The position numbers and the translations under genes are program-made. Of a stretch of 64,000 bases of DNA, positions 31,465-41,688 are shown one piece after another. Source of the DNA: Calditrichia bacterium (GTDB lineage: Bacteria > Calditrichota > Calditrichia > JAJRVZ01); contig CAVZSQ010000022.1 of NCBI GenBank assembly GCA_963777955.1, positions 544,001-608,000 on the forward strand, given 5' to 3'. Position 1 is the stretch's first letter; the number at the start of each line of letters is the position of its first letter. Under the pieces are notes generated by a model. The model was not told the origin of the DNA. It searched no databases and saw only the letters and a program-made list of their open reading frames with translations.

Positions 31465-32254
31465 TTATTCGTTCAATAACATTATGATCAGACGCAGGCA
31501 GATGAGCAGTAATAATAAACCCAGGGCGGTTTTACGCCAGTATAAGGAGATCTGCAGATTTATCTTTACACCATATTTGGCAAACAGGGCACTGCCGCAA
31601 AAAAGTACCAGGGCGGTGTCCAGGTGAATTAAACCCAGAGTCAGGCCTGCGGCAGCGCCGGTATGGGTCAGGGCAAAAGAGATACTGCCAAAAAGGGTGG
31701 TAAAGATCATAATGGCATTTGAGGTCGGGGTGGCCTGAATATTCTTCACCAGACCGGCGATCAGCATCATTGGAGTAGTGATAGCGCCTCCGCCCACGCC
31801 TGTCATTCCGGAAACTGTACCGATCAGCGCACCAATCGATAGCGGAACGATTTTGCCTGCTGGCGGGACGCAGATGTTATCTCTTTTTTTGAGTTGATCA
31901 GGAAAGTCTGAATCGCTACCCAGAGCAGGACACAGATAAAAACAACGATCAGGATTTTCTCGGGCAGCAGGATGGCGACCCGTGCGGCCAGAAAGGAAAA
32001 CAGTGAATGGAAGTAATCACTATCCAGGGCACAATTTTCCAGACAATCAATCCTGCCTTTTGAAAATGAAAGGTATTCAGGCTGGTTACCAGGAATATCG
32101 TGGCCAGGCTGGTGGCTACTGCTTCAATATGCGAGTAAGGTAAAATCAGAGTTAACACCGGAACCATGACGATACCCCCGCCCACGCCGAATACGGTTGA
32201 GAGTATTCCCACGAGAACCCCGGTGAACAAAACGACTATATAAGTTGAGAGCAT
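31465..32254 (-). CDS. Sulfite exporter TauE/SafE (TSUP) family permease, several frameshifts
   Basis: 'FGVGGGIVMVP', 'AVATSL' and second repeat 'TGVGGGAITTP' in separate ORF pieces. Confidence 0.8.
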
Positions 32255-32475
32255 TACTCTTGGTTTTCAACGACCTGTAAATTTTTTGCTTCCAGGCCTT
32301 TTCGTCCCTGAATTACTTCAAACTCCACTTTCTGCCCGTCCTTGAGTTCACGATAGCCCTGGCCCTGAATCGCGCTATAATGGACAAAAATTTCACCGCC
32401 ATCAGGGGCGGTAATAAATCCGTATCCTTTCTTTGCATCAAACCACTTGACGCTTCCGCTCAGACGTTCTGCCAT
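32254..32475 (-). CDS. Cold-shock domain protein
   Basis: GSVKWFDAKKGYGFI, IFVHYSAI. Confidence 0.95.
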   Translation of the reverse strand: MAERLSGSVKWFDAKKGYGFITAPDGGEIFVHYSAIQGQGYRELKDGQKVEFEVIQGRKGLEAKNLQVVENQE

Positions 32476-32612
32476 GTAGAAAACCTCCAGAAAATTTAAT
32501 CTGTTTAAATGTTAGAATAATTAAAGAGAACAAACTGCCATACTCAAAATGATATCTAAAGATTTTGATCTAGTAATTCCGTCAAAAGTAAAATCTTAAT
32601 AAAAATATTTTT

Positions 32613-33401
32613 CTAATGCAATGATTTATTCGGATTAAGAAATGATTGCAGCGCCGCTATAACCGCTGCCGGATTCTCGGCCGGCAGCCAGTGGGTTGTA
32701 TTCTCAACCGTCATGATCTCAGCCTGAGAAAATAACTTTTTTATAGAAGGCTCGTCAGCAGTCCTGACATAATCCGATAAAGCACCGCGGATAAAAAGGC
32801 ACGGCCGGCCGAAGGACTGCTGCTCAGACTGAATTCCTGCTCCCAGTCCGGCCAGATTCAGGGCGATAACCGGCAGATTCAGCCGCCAGGAATATTTTCC
32901 AGCGGTGGTTCGATAAAGATTTTTCAATAAAAATTGACGAAGCGCGGGGTGCTGAATAGACAGGGATAACTGATCATCCGCCTGCTCCCGGTTCTTAAGT
33001 TGATTGAGATTAATGGCTAATAGACTGGTGATGATCTCCTGGTGGTGAATCGGATACGGTCGCGGAGCGATATCGATGACCACCAGTCGGTCAACCCGGT
33101 GGGGATAATTCAGTGCAAATTTCATGGCAGTCACGCCGCCCATGGAATGCCCGACCAATGATACCTGACGAAGGTTAAGGTCAGCCAGAAATTCATAGAT
33201 ATCTTCGACCATCACTTCATAGTTAAAAATTTTACTATGCGGTGAACGGCCATGATTACGCATATCCAGTAAATAAAGCTGGCCTGCATCCTTCAGATCC
33301 TTGGCGATGGTCAGCCAGTTATCGGCGGAACCGAAAAGACCGTGCAGGAACAATACGGGATTTCCGTTACCGGTTTTACGATAGAATAATTTCATATACA
33401 A
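32613..33401 (-). CDS. Alpha/beta hydrolase (YbfF/ABHD11-like esterase)
   Basis: LHGLFGS, DMRNHGRS, GHSMGG nucleophile elbow, HW. Confidence 0.9.
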   Translation of the reverse strand: MYMKLFYRKTGNGNPVLFLHGLFGSADNWLTIAKDLKDAGQLYLLDMRNHGRSPHSKIFNYEVMVEDIYEFLADLNLRQVSLVGHSMGGVTAMKFALNYPHRVDRLVVIDIAPRPYPIHHQEIITSLLAINLNQLKNREQADDQLSLSIQHPALRQFLLKNLYRTTAGKYSWRLNLPVIALNLAGLGAGIQSEQQSFGRPCLFIRGALSDYVRTADEPSIKKLFSQAEIMTVENTTHWLPAENPAAVIAALQSFLNPNKSLH

Positions 33402-33481
33402 AGCAAATCTGTGTCTGTAATCTAATCATAAAACTGATCGTGACCCAAATTTTTCCCGGATTTTCCGGTAAAACGCTCCTA

Positions 33482-33928
33482 TTATTCCTTAACAATTTCA
33501 AATAAGTATTCGGAATCTATGACAAATTCATAGTCACCCTGCAGTAACCAGCCGAAAGTTTCAGGATCATCCAGATAGAGACCGGTGAAGTAGGCCAGAA
33601 AACGTAAACTTTGGTTTGAACCGTGCTTGGCTAAAAACCGTAATTGATCGATTATTTGACGGTAATCCAGATCAGGATAACGATATTTCATCCTGATCAG
33701 ATTGATCATGGCCGATTCCACCAGGCCATCATTCTGCTGGTGCAGGGCCTGCAAATAGTTTGCTGTCCCTTTTTCCAACTGCTGTATATTCCGCAGGGCC
33801 GAGATCGAATCTCCGGCCGCCATAACTGCGGAACTGAAATACTTGCTGGCAGTGCTATCCTGGGCTTGGCCTAAATTAGAACCCAGCCAGCAATAAATAA
33901 TTAAACTGAGTAATTTAAATTTTTTCAT
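33482..33928 (-). CDS. Hypothetical secreted helical protein
   Basis: Signal peptide ending AQA; GGAGG RBS; divergent from the sensor kinase. Confidence 0.65.
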   Translation of the reverse strand: MKKFKLLSLIIYCWLGSNLGQAQDSTASKYFSSAVMAAGDSISALRNIQQLEKGTANYLQALHQQNDGLVESAMINLIRMKYRYPDLDYRQIIDQLRFLAKHGSNQSLRFLAYFTGLYLDDPETFGWLLQGDYEFVIDSEYLFEIVKE

Positions 33929-33957
33929 ACTTGCCTCCTGGCTTTTTAATTCTGAAT

Positions 33958-34020
33958 ATAGTTACGAAATCCTTGCGGGCAGGATGTCACCGGCCGGTCA
34001 ATTCTTGTAAAAAATCGTCA
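33958..34020 (-). promoter_or_regulatory. Promoter with four T(G/T)AC direct-repeat boxes (putative OmpR-family binding site)
   Basis: Minus-strand TGACG, TTACA, TGACC, TGACA starting at 34020, 34010, 34000, 33989; TAACTAT 20 nt after the last box. Confidence 0.5.
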
Positions 34021-34131
34021 TCACTGCGGAGGGCATTAGAATTTATTGAAAAACTTGATTATCTTAATACTGAAAAGATTGGCGCCGCAGCAAAGCCGTT
34101 GAAACTTTGGCAGCACAGGAAGCAGATGGTC

Positions 34132-35716
34132 ATGAAAAGTTCAATTTATAAACTCAGCTTGATCCTGGTGGGGATTATTTTCTTTCCTGCAATTTTTTAT
34201 TCTGTTTATGAGATAGCTACAATTAATAAAAATGAAAAGATGATCAAGCAAATTTATGAGCAGCAACTGGATGTCATTCTGTTTTCAGTGAATCAATATT
34301 TGTGGGATAATCTTACCTCCTGGCAATCAAGAATTAACAGAATCCGTACTCAGAGCGAGGCATATGCAGAAGCGGTCAAGGAAACCGAGTACAGTAAGTT
34401 AATAGAAGAGTTACCGGTGCTGCAAATGCTGGCATTTTCGGACACCGCACTGGGTCGCTGGCGGTTCTTTTTCAGGTCTGATTATAATGGTAATGCCGAT
34501 CTCCTGCGCCGGACGATAACAGACAGGCTTGAAAAAAAATCCGCATTTGCTGAGCAGACTGGGAAAATTCAGCAAAGCCAACTACAGCAAAATTGAAAGT
34601 ATCATGTTTGTTGATCCTGTGGATAGTGGACAGGAAAAATTGATTCTGTATTACATTAGCGCTAATGATAGCGGAAAAAGCCGACTCATTTATTTTGGAA
34701 TTAATCTTAACCAGTTTGTCCAGGCTATTCTTGCCCCCAAACTTGAAGAGATTGCCGGCGATCAGTTTATTGTCGGTGTATTTTCAAAAACTCGTCGACG
34801 TTTAATATATCAGAATATCCCGGTACAAATAGAAGAACTGAAACAAACCAGGGCGTTATGGTTGTTACCGGACTATGAACTGGGTATACGTTTAAAAGGC
34901 GAAAGTATTGAAGATCTTGCCCGTAGCCGTTTTTATATTAACCTGATGATGATATTAGGTATTGATCTGATCCTGCTGCTGGGAGCCTGGCTCGTTTTTA
35001 AAATGATTCGCCAGCAGACAAAACTGGCGCAGATGAAATCGGATTTTGTTTCGAATGTATCTCACGAACTGCGTACGCCGCTGGCCTTGATCAGAATGTA
35101 TGCTGAAACTCTGGAGTTGGGCCGCATCAAAGATAAACAAAAACAGAATGATTATTTTCGCATTATCGGGCAAGAATCCGAACGATTGACACATCTGATC
35201 AACAACATTCTGAACTTTTCCAGAATTGAATCGGGCAAGAAGGAGTATCATTATCAGCAGGTTGATCTGAATAAGACGATCCAGAAGTTGCTGGAGATGT
35301 ACAGTTACCATATTCAAAATGAGGGATTTAAACTAGCCACGGTGCTGGATCCGGTTCTGCCCATGGTTGAGGCAGATGAGGAATCAGTAACGGAAGCCCT
35401 GCTTAATTTACTGGACAATGCGATTAAGTATAGTGAACAGGATAAATTTATTGCGGTGCGTACCCTGCAACAGGATCGCCAGGTGTGTATTCAGGTCGAA
35501 GATCATGGGATCGGTATCGCTGCCACACAGGCCGGACTCATCTTTGAAAAATTTTACCGTGTATCCGGAGGACTGGTCCAGCGTACCAAAGGCAGCGGTT
35601 TGGGTCTGACCCTGGTGAAGCATATCATGGAGGCTCATCAGGGCAGGGTAGAGGTTAAAAGCACGCCCGGGGAAGGGAGTTGCTTCACTTTAATATTTCC
35701 TGTCAGAATTTCATAG
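34132..35716 (+). CDS. Membrane sensor histidine kinase, frameshift at the A-tract 34532-34539
   Basis: Two TMs flanking a periplasmic domain; H-box SHELRTPL, N-box NLLDNAIKY, DHGIG, FYR, GSGLGL. Confidence 0.92.
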
Positions 35717-35741
35717 AGTAACTAATAGCAGTGGAGGAAAA

Positions 35742-36422
35742 ATGGCACGTATCCTGATCGTTGAAGATGAAATCCGGATGCGCAAAGGATTGCAGGATAA
35801 CCTGGAATATGAAGGATACGATGTGGATTTCGCCAGGGACGGTGAAGAAGGGCAAAAGAAGATTTTAGAAAATGTATACGATTTGATCTTGCTCGATGTG
35901 ATGCTGCCCGGGAAATCCGGTTTCGATATCTGTAAAGATGTCCGCTCCAGAGGGGTGACTTGTCCAATCCTGATGTTGACTGCTAAAGGGGAAGAAATTG
36001 ACCGGGTGCTGGGCCTGGAATTGGGGGCTGATGATTATATCACCAAACCGTTCAGTTTAAGGGAATTGCTGGCCCGTATCAAGGCTGCCCTGCGCCGCAG
36101 CAGTGGTACTATTAAGGATGGAGCACTGGTTACGATGGGCAAGTTACAGATCAATTTTAACAGCTATGAGGCTTATACCGGAGACCAGAATATAAATATG
36201 ACCCATAAGGAATATGATATACTAAAATATTTTTGGCAGCACAGGAATGAAACGGTCAGTCGTGATCAATTATTGAATGAGGTCTGGGGGTATGACCAAA
36301 GCACTACTACCCGTACGGTCGATAATTTTATTCTAAAGTTGAGACAGAAAATTGAAATTGATCCGGTTAATCCCAGGCATATCCTGACCGTGTACGGTCT
36401 AGGTTATAAATATATAGATTAA
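35742..36422 (+). CDS. OmpR/PhoB-family response regulator
   Basis: VEDE, LDVMLP, GADDYITKPF, RTVDNFI, TVYGLGYK winged helix. Confidence 0.95.
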   Translation: MARILIVEDEIRMRKGLQDNLEYEGYDVDFARDGEEGQKKILENVYDLILLDVMLPGKSGFDICKDVRSRGVTCPILMLTAKGEEIDRVLGLELGADDYITKPFSLRELLARIKAALRRSSGTIKDGALVTMGKLQINFNSYEAYTGDQNINMTHKEYDILKYFWQHRNETVSRDQLLNEVWGYDQSTTTRTVDNFILKLRQKIEIDPVNPRHILTVYGLGYKYID

Positions 36423-36459
36423 CTATCGTTCCCAGCCGAATATGAGCCTTCCGGTTATA

Positions 36460-36523
36460 TTTACATTTGTTTACAAACTTTTACTTCGTTTTGACACCTG
36501 ATAACGGGGGATTCAGTAGTTTT
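36460..36523 (+). promoter_or_regulatory. Promoter with four T(T/G)AC direct-repeat boxes (putative OmpR-family binding site)
   Basis: TTACA 36461, TTACA 36471, TTACT 36481, TGACA 36492; TAGTTTT 20 nt after the last box. Confidence 0.55.
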
Positions 36524-36528
36524 ACAAT

Positions 36529-37620
36529 ATGAAAAAACAGATTCTAAAAAGGAATATAAATATGGTTTTAATGGCCGGTTTATTCCTGGCCAGTCTGCAA
36601 TTATTACCGGCCCAGGACTGGCAACGGGTCGCGGATCTGCGCGGAATCTGGAAATTTTCCATTGGCGACAATGCGGAGTGGGTCCGCTATGATTATAATG
36701 ATAGCGACTGGGATAGCATCTTTGTCCCGGCATCCTGGGAAGATGAAGGTTTTCCCGGCTACGATGGATATGCCTGGTATCGAAAGCACTTTCGATTAGC
36801 ATCCATTGACCGTGATAAGAATTTATACGTTAATTTGGGCTTTATTGATGATGTGGATGAAGTATATTTTAACGGCCATTTCATCGGCTTCTTCGGATTA
36901 TTTCCTCCCCTGTATTTTACTGCTTATAATTTCGAGCGGATTTATCGTATACCTGGTGAATTTCTGAATCTCCGCAGTGACAATGTGCTCAGCGTGCGGG
37001 TTTATGATGAACAGCAAGCGGGCGGCATCATCCGCGGCCAGGTCGGTATCTACGCGAAAAGGAATGATTTGAAGTTGTTATTATCTTTGGAAGGACCATG
37101 GAAATTCGCCCTGGGCAACGATATGAATCGTAAGCGGGTTGATTATGACGATTCCCAGTGGAAAAATGTTATGGTTCCCGCTTACTGGGAAACACAGGGC
37201 TACCGTAATTATGATGGTCTGGCCTGGTACCGCAAAGAATTCTTTATCCCTGAAAAATTGCGTAATGAACGACTGGTACTGCTGCTGGGTAAAATTGATG
37301 ATCTGGACGAAACTTATCTGAATGGCAAACTGATCGGCAGAACCGGAAATATGAAGAATCTTTCCTGGCAAACTCCGTCGAATGAGTGGTTGGAATTACG
37401 AGTCTACGAACTCTCGCTGAATGATATTCAATTTGGACAGATGAATATTTTGGCCGTGCGTGTCTTCGATGGCCTGGTACAGGGGGGTATCTATGAGGGT
37501 CCGGTAGGAATAGCCCTTTATCAGGATTATAAAGTGTGGTTAAAAGAATTGCAGAAACCAAAAAAAGGCATAATAGACAGACTTTTCGGAAAAGACGATG
37601 CAGAATCCATTCATTTTTAG
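36529..37620 (+). CDS. Secreted protein with tandem galactose-binding/beta-galactosidase jelly-roll domains
   Basis: Signal peptide; two ~150-aa repeats L.G.WKF..G...DDS.W...VP..WE..G...YDG.AWYRK.F...LG.IDD.DE.Y.NG..IG...N.L.VRV.D...GGI..G. Confidence 0.8.
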   Translation: MKKQILKRNINMVLMAGLFLASLQLLPAQDWQRVADLRGIWKFSIGDNAEWVRYDYNDSDWDSIFVPASWEDEGFPGYDGYAWYRKHFRLASIDRDKNLYVNLGFIDDVDEVYFNGHFIGFFGLFPPLYFTAYNFERIYRIPGEFLNLRSDNVLSVRVYDEQQAGGIIRGQVGIYAKRNDLKLLLSLEGPWKFALGNDMNRKRVDYDDSQWKNVMVPAYWETQGYRNYDGLAWYRKEFFIPEKLRNERLVLLLGKIDDLDETYLNGKLIGRTGNMKNLSWQTPSNEWLELRVYELSLNDIQFGQMNILAVRVFDGLVQGGIYEGPVGIALYQDYKVWLKELQKPKKGIIDRLFGKDDAESIHF

Positions 37621-37698
37621 TTGTACTTGTATTTCAGAATAAATTAATTTATTTTATCCTAAACGCGTTAATCATTCACGTAACAATAAGGAGGATTT

Positions 37699-38287
37699 AT
37701 GCGCTTAGTGAAGATTAGTATGCTGGTCCTTTTTATGATCTTATTTGCCGGTATGGCCCAGGCCCAGTTGATGTTCGGTGTTCAGGGCGGAATCGGAGGT
37801 TCAGTATTTGAAGATCAGAAAGAAGGGGCCAGCAGTGTTCCGATCGGCATATTCGCAGGTACCAATGCTCTGCCGTTGTTTGATCTCGGGGTGGAGTACA
37901 ATATGCTGGTTGTACCGTTTAAATTCGAAGGAGAAGTTCTGACCCAAAAAGTCGAAACGGAATACACCCAATCTTATTACGGTGCGTTTATCAGATGGTA
38001 TGTATTACCGCTGCCGGTGATTGAACCGTATGTTCGGGCAGGCGCTGCCTATTACACTGGCAAAGCTGACGGTAAAAGTAGCCGGAGAGAGTGAAGATTT
38101 TAAGTTTAAGAATACCCTCGGTTTCAATATTGGCGCCGGTGTAAAAACCATGACCGGGCTGTACGGTGAGTTTATATTCCATTTACTATCACGTGAGCTC
38201 GATACTGAATCTGTCGATCCTGCAACAGCCAAAGATGCTGCCTATAATAACTGGATGTTAATGGTTGGTTTTCAGTTTGAGTTATAA
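37699..38287 (+). CDS. Small outer-membrane beta-barrel protein, frameshift near 38070
   Basis: Signal peptide AQA, amphipathic strands, 'PYVRAG', 'GFNIGAG', C-terminal 'MVGFQFEL'. Confidence 0.75.
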
Positions 38288-38304
38288 GAGTTATAAACAT
38301 ATTT

Positions 38305-38343
38305 AATAAAAAAGCCACTTCAGCGGAAGTGGCTTTTTTATTT
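38305..38343. terminator. Bidirectional intrinsic terminator
   Basis: AAAAAAGCCACTTC-agcg-GAAGTGGCTTTTTT between convergent genes. Confidence 0.85.
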
Positions 38344-38375
38344 ATGAATGATCGATTTATAGCAGAAAAATTTTA

Positions 38376-39410
38376 TTAAAAGTTTGCATTGAGAATCGGC
38401 AGAATTTTCAAAAGCGGCGGATTATCCCGCACGTAGTTGATCAAACCAATCTGCACCCCTTTTAATTGCCAGCTGTAATTGACGATACCGATCGAAACTC
38501 CGATCTGTTCACCTTTGATGTAGTTAAAAGCACTGGCAGCCAACCCCGTGTGCGAGCCATTTTCCTGAATCCTGATATTAGCCAGCGCGATGGTCACACC
38601 GGTAATATCTTCCCCTCCGGCGCCCAGACCGGCGAGCGTGATTCCTTCAATACGGGGTGCTCCGGCCCCCAGTCCGGCAATAGTAATTCCGGTTATTTTT
38701 TCTCCAGATCCGGCGCCCAGACCGGCGATGGTCAGCCCGCTCATGCTCTTTGAGCAGCCAACCCCTAATCCGGCTAAGGTCAGCCATTTGAGGTTTCCAC
38801 CGGCTCCGACTCCCCCTAATGCGAAGTTGATACCCGACACGTTTCCACCAGCGCCCAGACCAAGACCGCCAATGCTGATTCCGGTCAGATTTTCGCCGGC
38901 CCCGGCCCCCAATCCACCGATCAGGATCCCGGTTATGTTTCCACCGCTGCCTGCCCCCAGGCCGCCGATAAAAACGCCCTGCATGGATCCGCCGGCGCCC
39001 ACACCCAGTCCGCCGATGGCAATACCGCTGATTGAGCCGCCGCAACCGGCACCCAATAATCCCAGCGAGATACCTTTAATCTTATGTTTAGCCCCGACAC
39101 CGGCAATTCCTAACTGTACTCCCGATAAATATCCGGCTTCGGGGAGAGTCCCGAATGAAAAGCCCTGCACGCTGGCCTGCTCATTATCGTAGGCACTCCA
39201 CAGGGTTAGATTGATGCCGTTTATCTTCTCAACATCATGATCGCGGTAATTAAAACGGATTCCGGTAAATTTTTTTGAATTTCCAAAACTGATACCGGCC
39301 TGGTGAGCAGGAAGGTCAAGACTCTGTGCCCGGGCAGATGACCAGGGCAGGTATATGAGTACAAAAAGCAAAAAGGATGAGATGTAAAATTTCTGGCCGT
39401 TGCGAAACAT
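38376..39410 (-). CDS. Secreted Gly-rich 15-residue repeat protein (LA_2272-like surface repeat family)
   Basis: Signal peptide; ~12 repeats of GxxIGGLGAGxGxxx; C-terminus GVQIGLINY...LPILNANF. Confidence 0.65.
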   Translation of the reverse strand: MFRNGQKFYISSFLLFVLIYLPWSSARAQSLDLPAHQAGISFGNSKKFTGIRFNYRDHDVEKINGINLTLWSAYDNEQASVQGFSFGTLPEAGYLSGVQLGIAGVGAKHKIKGISLGLLGAGCGGSISGIAIGGLGVGAGGSMQGVFIGGLGAGSGGNITGILIGGLGAGAGENLTGISIGGLGLGAGGNVSGINFALGGVGAGGNLKWLTLAGLGVGCSKSMSGLTIAGLGAGSGEKITGITIAGLGAGAPRIEGITLAGLGAGGEDITGVTIALANIRIQENGSHTGLAASAFNYIKGEQIGVSIGIVNYSWQLKGVQIGLINYVRDNPPLLKILPILNANF

Positions 39411-39540
39411 ATTTCATCTCCTGTGAAGTTAAATGGAAAAGCAGTTTTGCTTTTAGTACGTAGTGCGGTTTAGAATAGTTACACTTATGACAAAAGAAAC
39501 AGGCAGCAGTTTTGAGTACTTTAATAATCCACCCCTTTTA

Positions 39541-39910
39541 TCTACAAATCTATGATGCCTGCGGCATCAGGGCACCAGATTAATAAATTAAATGCCGCAA
39601 CTCAAGAGTTGCGGCTACCACCCTTTCACTCGATTCAATCCCCGCAATCTGAAGATTGCGGTTACCAGCTATCTTCTGTTCTATTAATGCTTTTTCCTAT
39701 CAATTCAAAGATTCCCGCCAACATACGATCAAATGTGCTGTGCGCTCAGCGGGAATGACCCTATATTGTTTTTTTCTCTCAGGTACTCAGGGACTCAATG
39801 GGCAGGTCGCGACCTGCCCCTACTATGTGCCTCAGTGCCTTATCTTTACCCTTTTCCTCTGCCTTACGGCAGATCTACGGCCTGGCTTACGCCATGCCTC
39901 CGACTTTATC
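39541..39910. repeat. Cluster of REP-like palindromes (GTAG family, minus orientation)
   Basis: CCGCAACTCAAGAGTTGCGGCTAC 39595-39618, CCGCAATCTGAAGATTGCGGTTAC 39642-39665, GGGCAGGTCGCGACCTGCCCCTAC 39800-39823, CTACAAAT..TGATGCC.GCGGCATCA 39542-39569. Confidence 0.75.
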
Positions 39911-39912
39911 CT

Positions 39913-40842
39913 TTACTCTTCTAGATATCTCTCCGCATCAATGGCTGCCATACAGCCGCTGCCGGCGGCAGTGATGGCCTGCCGGTAAATCCGGTCCTGG
40001 ACATCACCGCAGGCGAATACCCCTGCAATACTGGTGCGGGTTGAGCCGGCCTGTGTTTGAATATAGCCATCCGGATCAAGCGTTAGCAGGTCCTGGAAGA
40101 TACCTGTGTTGGGAGTATGACCGATAGCCATAAAAACACCGTCTATTTTCTGTTCAGTCAAAGCGCCGGTTTTAGTGTCCTGCAACACGACTGCCTGAAC
40201 CACTTTATCACCTCTGATCTCAGTGATGGTCTTATTCAGCAGGAATTCGATTTTTTTGTTTGTTTTAGCTTTTTCGAGCATGATTTTTGAGGCGCGGAAT
40301 CCTTCGCGGCGGTGCACAATATAAACCTTGCTGGCAAATTTAGTCAGGAAGACGGCCTCTTCCATAGCTGAATCACCGCCCCCCACGATCATCACCTCTT
40401 TCTCCTTAAAAAAGAAACCATCACAGGTGGCACATGCTGAAATGCCGTAACCCATATATTTTTGTTCCGAGGGAATACCCAGCCAGCGGGCTGAGGCACC
40501 GGTGGCAATGATCACCGCATCGCTGGTGTATATCTGATCTTCGCTGGTGACAGTAAACGGCCTGTGCCGGGTAAAATCGACCGCAGTTACCAGCTCAAAC
40601 TTGCAGGTGGCGCCGAAGCGGACAGCCTGTTTACGCATATCGTCCATTAACTGCGGTCCCATGATACCGCCGGGAAATCCGGGATAATTCTCCACCTCGG
40701 TGGTGATCATAAGTTGTCCGCCCGGCTGATTTCCTTCCAGAACCAAAGGTGCCAGATTAGCCCGGGCGCTGTAGATGGCGGCAGTTAAGCCGGCTGGCCC
40801 ACTGCCGATGATTATCAGTTTAAAATGTTCACTTTTTTTCAT
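39913..40842 (-). CDS. trxB: Thioredoxin-disulfide reductase
   Basis: GSGPAG, GGQLMITTEVENYPG, CATCDG, GGGDSA, GDV..RQAITAAG. Confidence 0.97.
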   Translation of the reverse strand: MKKSEHFKLIIIGSGPAGLTAAIYSARANLAPLVLEGNQPGGQLMITTEVENYPGFPGGIMGPQLMDDMRKQAVRFGATCKFELVTAVDFTRHRPFTVTSEDQIYTSDAVIIATGASARWLGIPSEQKYMGYGISACATCDGFFFKEKEVMIVGGGDSAMEEAVFLTKFASKVYIVHRREGFRASKIMLEKAKTNKKIEFLLNKTITEIRGDKVVQAVVLQDTKTGALTEQKIDGVFMAIGHTPNTGIFQDLLTLDPDGYIQTQAGSTRTSIAGVFACGDVQDRIYRQAITAAGSGCMAAIDAERYLEE

Positions 40843-40946
40843 TTCCTGCTCCACTCGACATGATTAGTTATTTCCGCTATAATTTTAATTTAATAATTAT
40901 TCTCACTACAGACTAATTAGATTATTTAAATGGGATAAAGTTACAT

Positions 40947-41040
40947 GTTAAAGGTTAAAGGCCAAAGGCAAAAGGATAAAGAACACGTCTATACTATGTT
41001 TTTCTCCCTTTATCCTTTTACCTTTAACCTTTGTCCCCTG
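40947..41040. repeat. Heptamer tandem repeats in inverted arrangement
   Basis: AAAGGTT AAAGGCC AAAGGCA AAAGGAT ... TTTATCC TTTTACC TTTAACC TTTGTCC. Confidence 0.65.
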
Positions 41041-41180
41041 GTCTCATTGTACTACTGAGATATTTTCAAAATCTCACCCCTATCGCTGTGCTTGTCTATG
41101 GATTTTTAGTATATTTGAGAATATAAAATACAAAGCAATCCTGCGGAATTTAATATCCTTTTATGCCGGAGAGCACATCG

Positions 41181-41663
41181 ATGGAATTAAAAATAATTAA
41201 AATTGAAAAACCGGATGAAATGAATTTTATACTGGGCCAGTCCCATTTCATTAAAACAGTGGAAGACATTCATGAGGCGATAGTGAATGTCAATCCCGGT
41301 ATTAAATTCGGCCTGGCTTTTTGTGAATCTTCGGGAAAAGCACTGGTGCGCTCCAGTGGCACTGACCGGGACTTAATCAAACTGGCAGAGCAGAATGCGC
41401 TCAAACTGAGTTGCGGACACATTTTCATCCTGTTCCTGGGTAACGCCTTTCCGCTAAATATTTTAAATACGATTAAAATGGTGCCGGAGATTGTTTCCAT
41501 TTATTGCGCCACGGCAAATGAGACTGAAGTGGTTATTGCGGAAACCGAAAGCGGCCGGGGAATACTGGGGGTAATCGATGGAATCAAAAGCCAGGGGGTG
41601 GAGCAGGAAGAGGATGTCAGGGAAAGGAAAAATCTTTTACGTAAAATCGGTTATAAATTCTGA
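41181..41663 (+). CDS. Adenosine-specific kinase family protein (DUF355/PAE2307-like)
   Basis: GQSHFIKTVEDI, FGLAFCESSG, YCATAN, GRGILGVIDG, GYK C-terminus. Confidence 0.85.
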   Translation: MELKIIKIEKPDEMNFILGQSHFIKTVEDIHEAIVNVNPGIKFGLAFCESSGKALVRSSGTDRDLIKLAEQNALKLSCGHIFILFLGNAFPLNILNTIKMVPEIVSIYCATANETEVVIAETESGRGILGVIDGIKSQGVEQEEDVRERKNLLRKIGYKF

Positions 41664-41688
41664 GAAGAGTGATAGCGGGTAATACTAC

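Noticed and set aside
33931..34131. N-terminal extension of the sensor kinase in the ORF track
   Set aside because: Overlaps the divergent promoter region; the start at 34126/34132 has an AGGA upstream and is followed by the first TM.
38590..39192. 200-aa Pro-rich plus-strand ORF
   Set aside because: Antisense shadow of the Gly-rich repeat gene, which has the signal peptide and RBS.
39552..39988. Short ORFs over the REP cluster
   Set aside because: They are translations of palindromic repeats and trxB antisense; no RBS or motif support.
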